Shown: piece by piece, positions 35,961-50,089 of the stretch | Numbering within the stretch: the first letter of the stretch is position 1 | Layout of the letters: the number at the start of each line of letters is the position of its first letter | Assembly: GCF_009914755.1 (NCBI RefSeq) | Contig: NC_060926.1 | Reading direction: 5' to 3' (one strand) | From: the human T2T-CHM13v2.0 reference genome, Homo sapiens | DNA length: 64,000 bases | Notes under the pieces: generated by a model | The model's database searches: none | What the model saw: the letters and a program-made list of their open reading frames with translations, nothing else | Told to the model about the DNA's origin: nothing | Position numbers and translations under genes: made by a program

Positions 35961-37955
35961 GCAAGACAATCACAGGTGTTCAGCGCAGGGTCTATCTATG
36001 TGTCCTTCCTCCCATTCAGGTTTCAGCTTAAACGCCAGAGGGGTGTGATGCCCCCTCTAAATGCAGTGGCCAGTTCTGGTCCATCAGAGCGCCCTCTATT
36101 CCCTTTCCATGGTGGGATGTTTTCTTATTTCTTTGTTTATGTGTGCTGTCTGGCTATGCGTGCTGTCTGGCTCCCGGTCCTAGCAGGAAAGACTGCCAGA
36201 GCAGGAACACTGCATTGGGGCACCCTATGATGCTGGCAGAGAGAGGGCACTCAAGAAAGATTTATTTAAAAAGTGGGTGCAGAAATTACAGCTATTATTT
36301 TTATTGTGTCAGGGTAACTTTTTCAACATATGATTTGGTGTTTTTACCTTTCCCTGTATTTTCCCAGTTTCCCATCCTTTTTCAAGCAGTTAGAGGCCCT
36401 GGGCATCCTTATCTCAGGGGGTGTTTGTGGTTAGCTTAAAAACAAAAGTTGCTGCAAGATACACTTTCCTTCCTGGATTTTATTCCCAAAGAGTCTGAAA
36501 CTATTGAAAAGATAGTGCTGGTTGTCTGGAAGGTTTGAGGAGAGAAAGAAAATGAGAGAGAAGGAGACAGATTTTGGAAGAAACATGAAGACAGAGGGAC
36601 TTCCCATCTTCCTTCTCCTTTAATCCAAAAAAAGATTTCTGGCAGTGGGTGGGGCAGGAGGATGGTCCGAGGGTTCTGTGAGCAGCAGCGGATGCCCACA
36701 TACCCATGAGACAGCATCCTGAGAAGGTAGCCAACATGCAGAGGAGGTGGGGACCGCGCACTGGGCTTCCCTAGGGGTGAGAGTGGCACCAGAACAGCAG
36801 AATGGCCTGGTGTGATGGGCATGTGGGCAGGGCCAGCTAGGGCTGCTGACCGACAGGCCTCCCTGGCACCCTGATGCTGCTTACAACCCTGGAGAAGGCA
36901 CAGCTCTAGAATGACGGAAGCTCAATCAGGGCTCAGAGTCAGAACTGAGTTCCACTCTCTGCTCTGCTTTATTTATTCAGAGTCTTCGATGATGTGCCCT
37001 GGGCTGGTGTTTGGAGAAAGGCAAGTGTGGGTATGAGCAGCAGCATTGCAGGTTCCGGACACCCCGGAGGCACAGCACCCCTGTACCTACCATCACTCCT
37101 GGGCTCAGCTTGGCACTGCTCAGCCAGGACTTCACACCTGTGATGATCAGAGGGCACTATGTATCAGGTGTACATTCCCCATCCCCCTACAAAAAGGTAG
37201 TAATTCTTTGTTTTTCTACAGCACTACTAAATCTAGTAGAAGGACTCTTTTTACCACAGTTGATGTCTAATATCTGTTGCTTTTCGCGGCTCCCTGTCCC
37301 TCACTGTCATATGAGAACCTCAGGGCTTTGTGATTCAGGAGAAGTGTGGAAGAGGCCACAGCTGCAGATGTGAATGGTGCACAGCTGTGGTTTCTTGCCC
37401 AGGCCATGTGGTTCATTAGAAGGCAGCTGGCTCCACTGTCAGCCTTGTTCCTACTCTGCCAAGCTCTGCAAGGGGTACTTCCAGGGTAGGCTCAGCCCTG
37501 ATGCTCCTAGCCACATCTCCGTGGCACCTCTGGCAGGTCCAACTGCTCTCCAACTCTGTGTGCAAATGGGATAGGGACCCCTTCCACCCTCCAGCCTCAG
37601 GATCCCACTCCCTGGAGGCAGACCTCTTCTCTTTGTCCCTTAAAGAACCAGCTTCCAATTCCTTCCCAGCTAGGACAGAACCAGACAATTCTTCCTATGG
37701 CCTTGGTTTTCCAAGAGAAGGTCACCTTTGTCTCACCTGGTGATGTCTCCCCTGAAGCACAGAAGAGAATCACGAGTACTTGTTTCAAAGAAAATGACCA
37801 AAATCTGTCTTAGCTTCCCATCGCTGCTATAACAAGTCACCACAATTTGCTGGCTTCAAAAAACACACATGGATCTTACAGTTCTGTAGAAGTTTGACAT
37901 GGGCTTCACTGGGCTAAAAGTAAGGTGTTGGCAAGGCTGTATTCCTTTCTAGGAC

Positions 37956-38408
37956 TGATGTAATTCAACTCTGTGTCCCCACCCAAATCTCACATTGAAC
38001 TGTCTGTGTCACCACCCAAATCTCACATTGAACTGTCTGTGTCACCACCCAAATCTCACATTGAACTGTAATTCTCAATGTTGCAGAAGGGGCCTGGTGC
38101 GAGGTGATTGGGCCATGGGGGCAGACTTCCCCCTTGCTGTTCTTGTGATAGTGAGTGAGTTCTTACAAGATCTGGTTGTTTAAAAGTGTGTAGCCACCTT
38201 GCACCTCGATCTCTCTTGCTTCTTCTCTGGCTGTGTAAGATGTGCCTGTTTCCCCTTCACTTTACGCCATGATTGTAAGTTTCCTGAGGCCTCCCCAGCC
38301 ATGCTTCCTGTGCAGCCTGAGGAACTGTGAATCAATTGAAGCTCTTTTCTTTATAAATCACCCAGTCTCAGGTAGTTCTTTACAGCAATGCGAGAACAAG
38401 CTAATACA
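37956..38408 (+). mobile_element. MSTA solo LTR with an internal 33-bp triplication
   Basis: tgatg...ctgtgtccccacccaaatctca...catgattgtaagtttcctgaggcctccccagccatgcttcctgt...ctaataca. Confidence 0.9.
37970..38068. repeat. 33-bp x3 tandem repeat
   Basis: tctgtgtc(c/a)ccacccaaatctcacattgaactg three times, head to tail, no spacers. Confidence 0.97.
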
Positions 38409-39879
38409 GGGATGAATTCATTCCCTTCCCTTTTTCACCTTCAAGTGCCTGTATTCCTGGGGCCCCGGCCCCTTCCTTCTTTTTTGAAGCCAGTAGCTGA
38501 GCATCACTCCAAACCGCTCATAAGGAAATGGCATTCTACTTGAGTAGCAGACAGGTGAGCCAACAAATACAATCTCATGTGGTAAGCGAAGAACAGGTTC
38601 AGGGAAGAAGCATGGTCAAAAAAGGGCCCAGTACCCTGGGTGAGAGAGGGATGGGTTCTCAGAGGGCTGCTACTCAAGCCAAGGCTTATCTTACCTCCTC
38701 TACCCAACTGTGGAAAAACTTGAAGAAGTAATTGGGTATAACTCATCTTCTTATTTTCCTTGATGCTAAATTCACTGCTTTGCAACCTGTAGACACCCAA
38801 TAAATATCACTTGCAATGAACCAGTTCTCTTCTGAGTCATTTTTGTCTTCTGGGCTACAGTTGCAGACGGGAGATGAGAGAACAGTGCCAAGCTAGAGGG
38901 CTGAGCTAGCATCCTCAGGACAGAGCCCTAGCTTTAGGGCTTGGCAGATTTTTATTGTCATGCATTTTCTTCCCTTAGCAGAGATGAATTCCAGAATTGA
39001 GGCAGGAAGCTCTCTGTTTAGTTGTGGGACCTCACCAGGAATTCACCCCAGACATCAGGGAATTAGATTTAAAATCTCGCCCTTGCGTTTAAGCAGGGCT
39101 TTAGGATCACTTGGGGGTTGATAATTGATAGATGTCTCCTCGTTTGAGTTTCTTCATAAAATAACATGCGGGGAGCAAGGGAATGAAATTGAGCAAGTGA
39201 AATACTTGGCAGAGTCTCAGGAAAGACGTTAAGAATAGATCTATGAGCTGTGCCCCATGGCGGGGGGGGGTTGCTTCTGAGTCGGGAGGTGCATGGGTTG
39301 GCGGCAGGAGGAAGCGTCATGGAGCCTCTGTTTCTGAGCCCATGTGTTGAGATTCCAGCCTCTAGTCAGAAAATTCCCCTTGCAGCTTCTGCCTGGTCCA
39401 GCCCCTGAGCCATGAGCATCTTCTGGTCCTCTTGCCTCAGATTGTTCCCCATTCACTCTTCCCATCTTCTCCTTCACACAAACTTCAGGATCAGGACCCA
39501 CAGAGGTCTTGGGACCTGTAGGCTGCGGGAGAAGGCTGTGGATGTTTAAAACCACATGTCACCACCTCCTGGCAGGGGCTGGCTAAGGACAGGACTAAAC
39601 TCTCAGTGGTGAGTTAATGTTTGCTGAGGGAATGAATGAAGGAATGACATAGGCAAAATGAAGCTAAATTATCCGTTAAGGTTATCTATGGTACTTTCCC
39701 TGGGCCATGATTCTCCCTCTTAGATGGGAGGAGCTCAGCTCCCTAGACCCCTCCTAAGCTCTTGCAGGGCCTGTAGCATCCAGGGATAACAGAGCAGAGG
39801 ACTGGGGCAGCCTACTTTCTTTGAAGGGCCACTCTCCATGCCACCCTTTGAATCAGCACTGGTGACCAATTAGTAGAGT

Positions 39880-40065
39880 GTGATATGAGTAGTGGATGAA
39901 GACCTGTCTAGCATTAAAAAAAAGAGACAGAATTGAGAAATAAGGGTATTGCTTTGTAAAAATGTGCTGCTGTTTTGCACATGATAGACAGTATACTAAA
40001 AGTGGCTTGCAACGTTAAATGTATTTCTTACCATGGGTCAAGGTCAAAAAAGTTAGAGCATCCAG
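39880..40065 (-). mobile_element. Old hAT-Charlie-type DNA transposon fragment
   Basis: aatgtatttcttaccatgggtcaaggtcaaaaaagtt resembles a recalled Charlie-family terminus; family uncertain. Confidence 0.4.
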
Positions 40066-40337
40066 CATCTCAGAATTGCTGAGGGCTCTCATGCTCCCTG
40101 GGAGGAGATGCTAAGGTCTGACCAGGCAACTTCAATTGTAAAATAAAGATGCCTAACCATCCACAATGACCTCTTCCTGAGACCTTGGGGGCAAGTGGAG
40201 GAGGACTGGCTGGGAGTAAGAGGCCAGGGCTCTGAGCCTCCATCTGTGTGTACTTACTGTGAGCCTTGGGCACATTGCTAATTCCTCTTCCACCTGTTTT
40301 CTCCTCCAATGTGGAGGTTACATTGTGTCTGTGTGCA

Positions 40338-40357
40338 CTGCTGCCCTCTGGTGGTGA
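40338..40357 (-). promoter_or_regulatory. Candidate CTCF binding site
   Basis: Minus strand CCACCAGAGGGCAG (40341-40354) closely matches the CTCF core CCASYAGRKGGCRS. Confidence 0.65.
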
Positions 40358-43300
40358 GCTCTATACTTCACTGCAGCCACGGCATCCAATTTGGGTTTGT
40401 TGACTGGCTTGTGGCTGTCCAGATTTTCCCCTCTTCTTGTTCTCACAAGGTGAGCCTTACCCCCAGGTGGAGTAGCATCCCACATGTTAAAAAAAAAAAC
40501 TCACATGTGTTGTGAGTTTTCTGCAAAGGCCTCTGCTGTTCAAATGCGTTGCCTGGAGATACTCTCATGCGAGAATGTAAATCAAAGGGCAAGCTAATAG
40601 GGAACTACTTTGTAGCCAAAGTTTGATGAGGTCCACCTGCTTCAGGGTACGTAGCTGTATGCCAGGTACTCTTGATGCATCTGCCGGCTCTGAACAGTGT
40701 TTTATGAAGCTGTTGAGAGAGTGGGACCAGATGTTTAGAAAGAAGAGCTTGTCTTGTCACTTCCCTCAGCTTCTTCCTTTTTTGATGGTATCAGCAACTC
40801 TTTGCATTTCCAATTAAGACTCTAGTTAAATTCCCTTCAGCATTTGACTCAACCTCTTGCAAGAGGCAAGATAAGTGATTTAAAAAAAAAAAAAAACTCT
40901 TACTTAAAGAGCATGTTGCATTGTTCTGAGATTTATTTCTAGTAAATCAAAGGGGGACTGAATGTCCCTTAGCATTGTCCTGGGATTGATAAAGGTCAAT
41001 TGTCTGCAGAAATATGGACCTGAAGTCTCTCCAAGGTTAGAGGTTTCATATTCATGGTCAATGCATCTTCAAATCTCCCATAGCAAATTATCTTGGACCA
41101 TTGCATTTAATAGGTGCTTAATAATTGTGTGTTAAAAGGTTGAATGGATGAATGAATGAGTAGAGTCTCAGAAATGGCCCTTCAGATGAAGTTTCCGAGC
41201 TATGAAGTAACAGTGTGCAGTGCACCATGCATGAAGCACATCGGGCAAGGGAACTCCACTGTTACATGGTAGGATTGGTTGGCCTGGAATCAAGTCAGGA
41301 TATTTAATCAATGAGGTTGAAAGACCCAAGTAAACATTTAGCAAAACTGGAGTCAAAGCACATTTCAAAACAATCATTTAGACTGTTAAGCTGCTATCTT
41401 ATAGAGTTGGGGGCCCAAAGTAGGGAGTGTTTTATTTTTAAACAACTTGCTTCCCTTCTGACTTCAAGAATCCCCATGATGGTTTGGTTTTGAGGACATT
41501 ACCAGTCAACCGCAGCCAAGAAGTGATTAGCAAATGCCTGCTCCACAGACGTGGGTCTGACTTCTGGGCTAAGTTCAAAGCAGAGCTCTTAGTTTAATAA
41601 TGATACAGGATTCACTTTCCTTGAAAACTTCCTATGCTGGAACCATTTTGAGAAAAACAGAAATAATCATGGAAATTTGGGGGCACAAATGAAGACGGGG
41701 AGGAAACATTACATGCATATCTGAGTACTTGTCTACAACCCTCACAATGCATCCTGGAGAAGATGTCCCTCCCTTATTCTCTTGATAGGAAATGGCCACT
41801 GTTTATAATGAGGCAGAACAAAGCAGGGGCTTACTTCCTCCCCGATGCCAATCAATATGCTGAGAGCTGGCTCCAGTGCTCCCAGAGCCATGGATCAGTG
41901 TTACTGCCTTGAAAATCGCTTATTGCTGTGTCATTTAAAGGAATCTGATGAAAGGTTTGAAAGAAACGCTATAATTCTACAAAATATCTTCAAGTGGCAT
42001 TTCCCAAAACCATGGACAAGTACTGATAGTGTTTTGTGAAATGATTTTAGCCAAAACATAGATAAATATTTTTATTTTAATGCTTATGTATTTAACACAT
42101 ATTACAAATATATACAATTAGCATACCTTACCTGTGATTTCATGAATAATTTTTCTTAGGAAAAGACTAAATAATCTAAGTAAAAATAATACAAAACAAA
42201 ATAGAAAAGACAAGAAAAGAAGGCATTTTAACTTAAAACCAATAATAGTAGATAGTAAAAACTGTGAAGCTCGTGCTTAAACAACGTGGTTCGGGGAACA
42301 GACTCAAAGTGTGTGTTAAGTTTTTGCACTACTATTAGGAGAAACACTGCAGTATAATTCTGCAGTGATTTTTGGAACAAATATTCAAAACTACCACCTA
42401 GGGAAAGCTCAGGCACTGTGGTTGTACAGGGAGGAAGCTTTGGGGCCATGGCCACTCTCTTCTTTTCACAGGGAACGTTTTGACAACGGAGTCTTTCTAG
42501 TGCCAAGTCTCTGTGCTCCACCAGTGAAGACCGTAGCAGGCAATGATGATTGTGCTTGGAGTCTCCACACTGGAAAGTGGGCTTTTTCCCTGACTTGAGC
42601 CCAGCAGCCATCAGAGGGAAGTGGACATCCCCAACGCCATCCCCTCAGCCCACCTGCCGGAGTGTGACTTCCCACCAGTGCCATCAAACCCCCACAGTGC
42701 TTCAGAGTGTAGGCCAAGCTAGCAGGTAAGTTTCCCATGAACTCAGGCTCCTCTACCATCTGGGTATGCAGGCTAGAGCATGAGCCCCCACTGCACCTCT
42801 TTCAGCATTAAGACATTTCTGAGGCTTTCCTGATAGAGAAGTGGCCTGGGAAGGCATTTAAGAAGACAGCTTAACTGTCCAGGTTCCTTTTCTGTAGACC
42901 CTCACCCTGAATCTTGAATCTTGACTAGGGAATTCACCCCTGGCCTTGTGCTGGACTCTTTAGGGACAGAGGTGGGACATGAGATGTTGGCGCTGGGGGA
43001 AGCAAGTCTCATCTCACCGAGTGCTCTCCTAGAGAAGGAGCTCAAACAGTGCCCAGAGCTGGTGCTGGGATGCCATTTGGTGGTCTGGAAGTTGCTGATT
43101 GCTTTCTCTGTCACAAAGCCTTTGATTTCCACCGGCTTATGTGTACACATGTGGGTATTCTTGGTGGCCTGGCCATTGAGCATAATTAAAAGAAATGATT
43201 GGCTTTCTCTTGATGCAAACATCTGGTTTTACTTGAAACAAGATGACTTAGCTGTTTCAGAAACATTCTTGTAACCCTGGATTCACATTTTCTTCTTAAA

Positions 43301-45011
43301 ATATATATTTTCTCTGTTCGGGCAGTATGTTAATGTAAACACTCCTTGTAACTGACAACCGACAGTTTCAGAAGTACGTGGGGCTCCAAGCACTGGAGGA
43401 ACCGCAAGAATGATTGCGTTTTTGATTTGATCACTGGAAATCTGTTTCAACAGTCACTCTGATTTAAACAATTACTCTGATTTATACTCCAAATGCTGTA
43501 ATTTGCAGAAAATGTAACCATGTGAGGACATTTTTGTAGAGTATGTCTTGGCAACTTTGTGTTGTTGTGATGTCATTCACTTCAGTTTTAAGGAAGCACA
43601 GAGGAAAGAAAAGAAGGAAAACAGCGTCCTTTTTGATGTGCTTTCCTGACCGCCAGGGAAAATGTTCTCAAGTCTTCCTGGCTTACCATTCCTTACCGCT
43701 CCCAGCCCCCAAGGCCAACACTGAAGGGCTATGAATGACATTGAGGAGAGAAGCGAGAGCCAAGATTTCCTGAAGGCCAAAGAATTAAGTCCAAGAGTGG
43801 GGGCAGCTGGTTTTGTTGTCCTGTCTGCTGTCTCTACAGTTAAGACAGGGTAGGTGGGATGCCAGCTCTTGCATCATTCATCAAAGCCCAGGTTTGCAGA
43901 GCTGGAAGTCTAGTGGAGAGTGTGAGGTTTAATACCTTCATTGCCTAGAAAGAAAGATCCAGGTAGGTTAAAGAACACTGCAAAGGTTCTAGAGCAAGTT
44001 AGTATTAGAGTCAAGGAAGCAACCAGGGCTCTGGTTTTTTGATTCTTTGCAAGATTGTACCTGTTGACATGTAACTGCAGGTTGGTCCCACATTATGAAC
44101 AGAGAAGGTATCTCAGCAGAATAAGAACAAAAAGTCCTAAGTCAAAATAATTAGGTAGTACACATTTTATAGTTTGCAGCTTAAGGGAGCTAGCATTCCA
44201 AGTATTAGTTCCATTTATACCCTGCCCTCCTCCAGTGAATCCAGCCAGGCTAATGCTGCTGGGGAAAGAGCCATGAGGGCACAGAAGGCACTTCTGCCTC
44301 TTTGGGAGCAGAACGCCTCTGTGAATGGTCCCATAATTCTGAGTGGCAGTGGGGTGCTCAGCCCCTCTGATCACATCTTCCTAGACCATGTGTCTTCAAC
44401 TTAGTCCCAGCCCCAGAGAACCAAAAAGAGGTGCTTCTATTTAAAGTTTATCTCCTTAACATCTGTGTGCTTCAGTTAGTTTTGCAGTATCTCCTTAAAA
44501 TTGACTTATTTCTGCCCATTGCTGAGGAGCGGTGTGCTGTTTCAAGTCCCAGCTCCACCTGTGTTTTGTTGTGTGAACAAGAAGGCATCAGGTTTCTTTG
44601 CTGTGCTTCAGTGCGCCCGCCCGTCAGTTAAATGAGGGACAAGAGCAGAAAGTGCCAAAATCTCTTCCAGTTTCATCACTCTTGGAATCTGTGGCTCTAT
44701 CATTTTGTGTATTTGTGTTTCTTATTTAAAAAGTGATACAGGCTCATGGTGACAATTTTTTCCACTTGAACCTCATATTTTGGGGACGTGAAGTTTTTCA
44801 TGTGCATTGCCCCTTTCAGAGAGCTTTGGGGTGCAGGGACACTCAGCCACAGGTGTGCCCCATAGCCTGGCACTCCTCCCTGGACTGTCCTGAACAACAC
44901 TCTAATACCAAGGTGGGTGTCTTTCATGCTTCTGAATGATGGGCTCCTGCTAAATGATGGGAAGCCCATTAATTCCTCAGCGAACACAGAACATGTGACA
45001 GGCGGCACTCA

Positions 45012-45465
<454 letters not shown>

Positions 45466-46818
45466 TCACTGGGTAATGGGGCAAAACAAAACTAAAGTTT
45501 GGTTCAGTTCAATAATTCCAAATTGATTCCTTTATTGAAGACTTTCTTTAGCTAAATGCCCTGTCCTTCAGCCCTCCTCCCTTGCCCTTTATCTTACCCC
45601 ACATGGCATTTTGGTGTGTGAGGAGGGAGGAACATGAGGCATTGGTGAGCTTCGGTTTCCAAGGCAGTGTCCCTTAGCCTGGCCACTGCTTGCCTAGCTC
45701 GCTTTGGTGGCCGAGGCCAGCAGTTGGCAAAGCTTGCATTTTTTACCTCTCTTTTCCTGGTTGTCCTCCCTGTCTGACTCAGGGTCTGCTGCCTTCCTCA
45801 TCCAGCTCCAACCTAAGAGGTCCACCTGTGTGGTTACTGCTGCAGGGTCACTGTGCCACTTGCCATGTGGCCCACACAGACTCTCTGGCTCCCAACTCGG
45901 TTGCCATAGAATCCCCCCGTGAAGGCCTGCAAGAAAGTCTCGGTCCCAGACATGCTACAAGGAAACATGGAGGCTCAGAGAAGATAACCCACATTTCTGG
46001 GCTTCCCTTAGCGCTAGCACACAGCACAAGATAGATTGAATTTGATACAGTTGCCACCATGTTGGTGACCCAGTAGACTGCAAGGAACTTAATCCAGAAT
46101 TTGCAATGGGAAATAAGGCAAAAGCCTCTTCTTTTTGGCCTTTCTCTCCAAATTTCCAACATATTAGAACCTGCCAATCTCAGCCCCGGATTTTTCTGCA
46201 TACTCCTCCTTCTGTCTCTGGTCCTTCTGGACAAGGCGGATGGATTTCTGGCATTTATTTTCCTCCACGTAAATTCTCCCCCTGAAATGGGCAGCAAGTC
46301 TCGCAGCCTATTTATGTTACAAAAAAAGTTGCATGATCTGTTTTTTCAATGGATGTGTAGATCACTCTTTTACATTTATACTTATCCCCTGCCTAAATCT
46401 CTACTCAGAAATCCAGATTTGAACATCTAATTGCCTTCTCACCCTTTCCACTTGATGTCTAATAGGAACTGCAACCTCAACATCACCAAATCAGACTACT
46501 TTGCTTTGCTGTCCCTGCAACCCCATAGCCTCCCTCTGCTCCAGGCATTTTTCAACCTTGGTGAATGGCATTGTCATCTACTTAGTTGCTCAGGCCAAAA
46601 ACTGAAGAATCATCCTTAACTCCTCTCTTTCTTTCACATCTCACATCCAGTTCATCAGCACATCCCATTGGCTCTAACTTCAAAACATATCATGAGTCCA
46701 GAACACTTCTCACCATACTCACAGTTAGCATCTTATTCCAAGCTACCACCTCTGTCACTTGGACCACAGCTGTGGCCTTTTAACTGGGATTCCTACTTCT
46801 TCTTTTGTCCCCATAGAG

Positions 46819-47040
46819 CAGAGGTTCTCATCCAGGAGCATTTTGCCCCCCAGGAACCATTTGGCAATGTCTGGAAACATTTTTGGCTGTCACTACTGAA
46901 GAAAAGGGGGAGAAAGGCAATTGACATCTAATGGATAGAAGCCAGGGACGCTGCTGAAAATTCTGCAATGGGCAGGACAGGGACAGCCCGTCACAACAGA
47001 GAATTAACTGGCCCAAAAGCTCAATAGTACCGAGCAACTG
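46819..47040 (+). mobile_element. MER20 (hAT-Charlie)
   Basis: cagaggttctca...ttttgccccccagg...catttggcaatgtctgga...gccagggacgctgctgaa; TSD-like ccatagag / ccatggaa. Confidence 0.85.
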
Positions 47041-47090
47041 CCATGGAACTTATTTTCCCAACACAGTAGCCAGGGTGATTTTTCTTTCTA

Positions 47091-47332
47091 ATTTTTTATT
47101 TTATTTCATTTTATTTTAAGATGGGGTCTCGCTCTGTCACCCAGGCTGGAGTGCAGTGGGGTGATCATAGCTCACTGCAGCCTTGAACTCCTGGGCTCAA
47201 GTGATCTTCCTCAGCCCCCCAAGTAGCTGGGACTACAGGCATGCACCACCATGTCCAGCTAATTTTTATTTTAATGTTTCCGTCGAAATGGGGTCTCACT
47301 GTGTTGCCCAGGCTGGTCTCAAACTCTTGGTC
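47091..47332 (-). mobile_element. AluJ, 5'-truncated
   Basis: Reverse Alu with gatcatagctcactgcagccttgaactcctgggctcaag; left monomer incomplete. Confidence 0.9.
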
Positions 47333-48844
47333 TTCTGAAGTGTAAATTAGATTGTGTCATTCCCATGCTTGAAGGAATAAAGCTTTCTCTTGCAATACTA
47401 ATACAACTGAAATTATTTGCTGGGTACAAGGCCTTACAGGACCCACCCCCATCAACTTCTGTTTTCTACTTCTCCATTCTGCTCATTCACAATATTCCAG
47501 CAGCACCGGTCCTTCTTCTCCTCTCTAATTGCCCAAACTTCTTCCTGTCTCCAGGCCTTTGCACTTGCTGCTACTTCTGCCTGGAACACTGTCCTCCAGG
47601 CCTTTGCCTGGTTTCTGTCTTATAACTCTGGTCCCAGGTCAAACATCGCCCTGTCAATGAGTCTTTCTGACCTTCCTATATTAATCAGCCCCTTCTGCCT
47701 GTTTCTCTGAAACATACACACCTACCACATGACCCAATTTTATCTTCCTCATAGCATTTGTCGATAGCTAAGATTATCTTACTTTTGATTGTTTGTGGTT
47801 TGTCTTTCTCCCTTAAGTTTTTTGAGAATAAGACTCTTCTTTTGGAATAGTACAGAGAAGGGGCTTAATAAATATTGCTGGCTGCTTGACTGATTGGTTG
47901 TTAATATGTTGAATAGAAGCTAAAGTGATTTAGCACATCCTTTCTCTCTTGTCAATGCCTTGCTTTCAGGCTGATTATTTTACTGTGAAATCGTATTTCA
48001 ATAATATGAGCTGAATATTAACCCTCTATGCATTCCTGTTCTAGCAATGCTAGGCACCCTGACCCCATCCCACCCAACAAATACATGCCTTAGTTGGCTA
48101 AGAAATAGATCATGTACAGGAAAATGCAAAAGAATAAAAATAGTTTTAAATTGTTATTTTTCAAAATAGTGCTCTGTTACAAGTGGAAACATACAAAGTG
48201 TTCATTTATTATGAAATGTAAAGAAAACATCACTTCCTGCAAGAGGCAAACCCCACTCTCCCTTCTCTTCTCCCAATGGGTGACAGGACCTGGCTTAGCT
48301 GCTTGGCCTGTTTGCACTGGCCCTGGTAACTGAAAGATAGTCAGCTGCCTGCTTCCCTGTGGCGCAGACATTACCTAAGGTTATCTCTGTACTGGTGAAC
48401 AGGATTTATTTTCTTGCAAGTTAGCTGAGAAGACTAAATGCAGAAATGCCGGATTCTCAGGAACCATTTCAACGAACCAGCACTCCTTTGCCAGTGTAGA
48501 AGCATCCTGAGGTTTCACCCACGCAACTAGGCAAGGCTGGGTGAGTGTGCTTTTTGTGCGTAAGTGTGTATCACAGTGAGTGTGTGTGTACAGGTCTGTA
48601 TGTATGCCTCAGGTGTATATCTGTGTCTACAAATATACCCCAGAGGCCAAAGATTGAAAATGGGAAAGGTCATTTTGTGGATCACCCAGGGAAGGGCAGT
48701 GGGAGGAGCTCATTTCACAAATCTAGTGTTGGTCATGTGAACTAATATCATGGGGATAGGCCGCAGTTATTTGCAGCTTTTTATAATTTATTTGCAAACG
48801 ACCTAGGTTCAAATCCATTTTTTTTGTTTGTTTTAGAAGAGCTA

Positions 48845-49203
<359 letters not shown>

Positions 49204-50089
49204 TTATCATTGAGAATTTATTTATAATGGTCCCAGAACTATCAAAAGCTTAGTGCATACCACCATCAGATGCCTCCCCATGTCCTGCCCTTCCTGGCTG
49301 AGAAGCGTCTGTGTTTTGCTGATAGTTCTGGGGTCTTTATTATCCAGACTGGGGAGTGTGGGTGAGGGCAAAACGTGGAGGCTCAGAGGATTTCTATTAC
49401 AAACGGCTGAAGAACAAGGACAAAGCCAGAGGGGGAAGGTGGATGGGAGAAGGAGCCAAGACAGGCTCAGTTGGAGGCACTCTTCTTGCCACTAGGGATG
49501 AGGCAAGAGAGAGGATTTGGGGGCATCTGCCAAGATGTGAGACACAATAATAGAGGGAAATAGAAGAAGATGATTTCTAAAAGATTTTCTACGTGTTAGG
49601 ATGGTGACACCACTTAGGTATTTCCTCGAGGGACTGCAATGCTGATTAATGTTATTCTCCTATTACTTTGGCAGCCAGACCAAGGTTTCTTTCCTGAGGC
49701 CTTTTACGAGAGGCCTCAGAAAACCAGACTTTATTCAAGTTAGAACAAATCTGTGCTGTTGTCGTGAGGGTTATATATGGATTAAGTGCTATTTTGTGTG
49801 TAAATCTTTTGCTAAGGGTCTGGTAAACATTAATCACTAAATAAAATGACAATTTTTATTGTACAAACTACAATTAGGATGCTAATCCCTGTGTTGTTTC
49901 TCAAAAGACCAACTTGAGTCTTAAGAGTGCACACTGTCCTTTATTTATTTAACACTTTCTGTTTGCCACTTATTTAGTAACTGTTTTTTCTGGTGTGGAT
50001 TTTCCCTCAGCATCTCCCACCCCTGGTCCTGTTGGCTCACAGCTGCTCATGAATCTAAGACTGACTTCTCAAGGTCGTCTTGAGATGCA

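Larger units (their letters stand above)
37806..38505 (-). mobile_element. MLT1C/D-type LTR fragment interrupted by MSTA
   Basis: tgtcttagcttcccatcgctgctataacaag...cttacagttctgtag...aaggtgttggcaaggctg continues after 38408 as gaattcattccctt... Confidence 0.65.
46400..47890 (+). mobile_element. L2 LINE remnant interrupted by MER20 and an AluJ
   Basis: ccacttgatgtctaatagg...ctcaacat, gttgctcaggccaaaa, ccaggcctttgcacttgctg...ctgcctggaac, gcttaataaatattg. Confidence 0.7.

Noticed and set aside
37970-38068. 33-bp repeats as a CRISPR-like array
   Set aside because: No spacers, eukaryotic context, and the unit is part of the MSTA LTR
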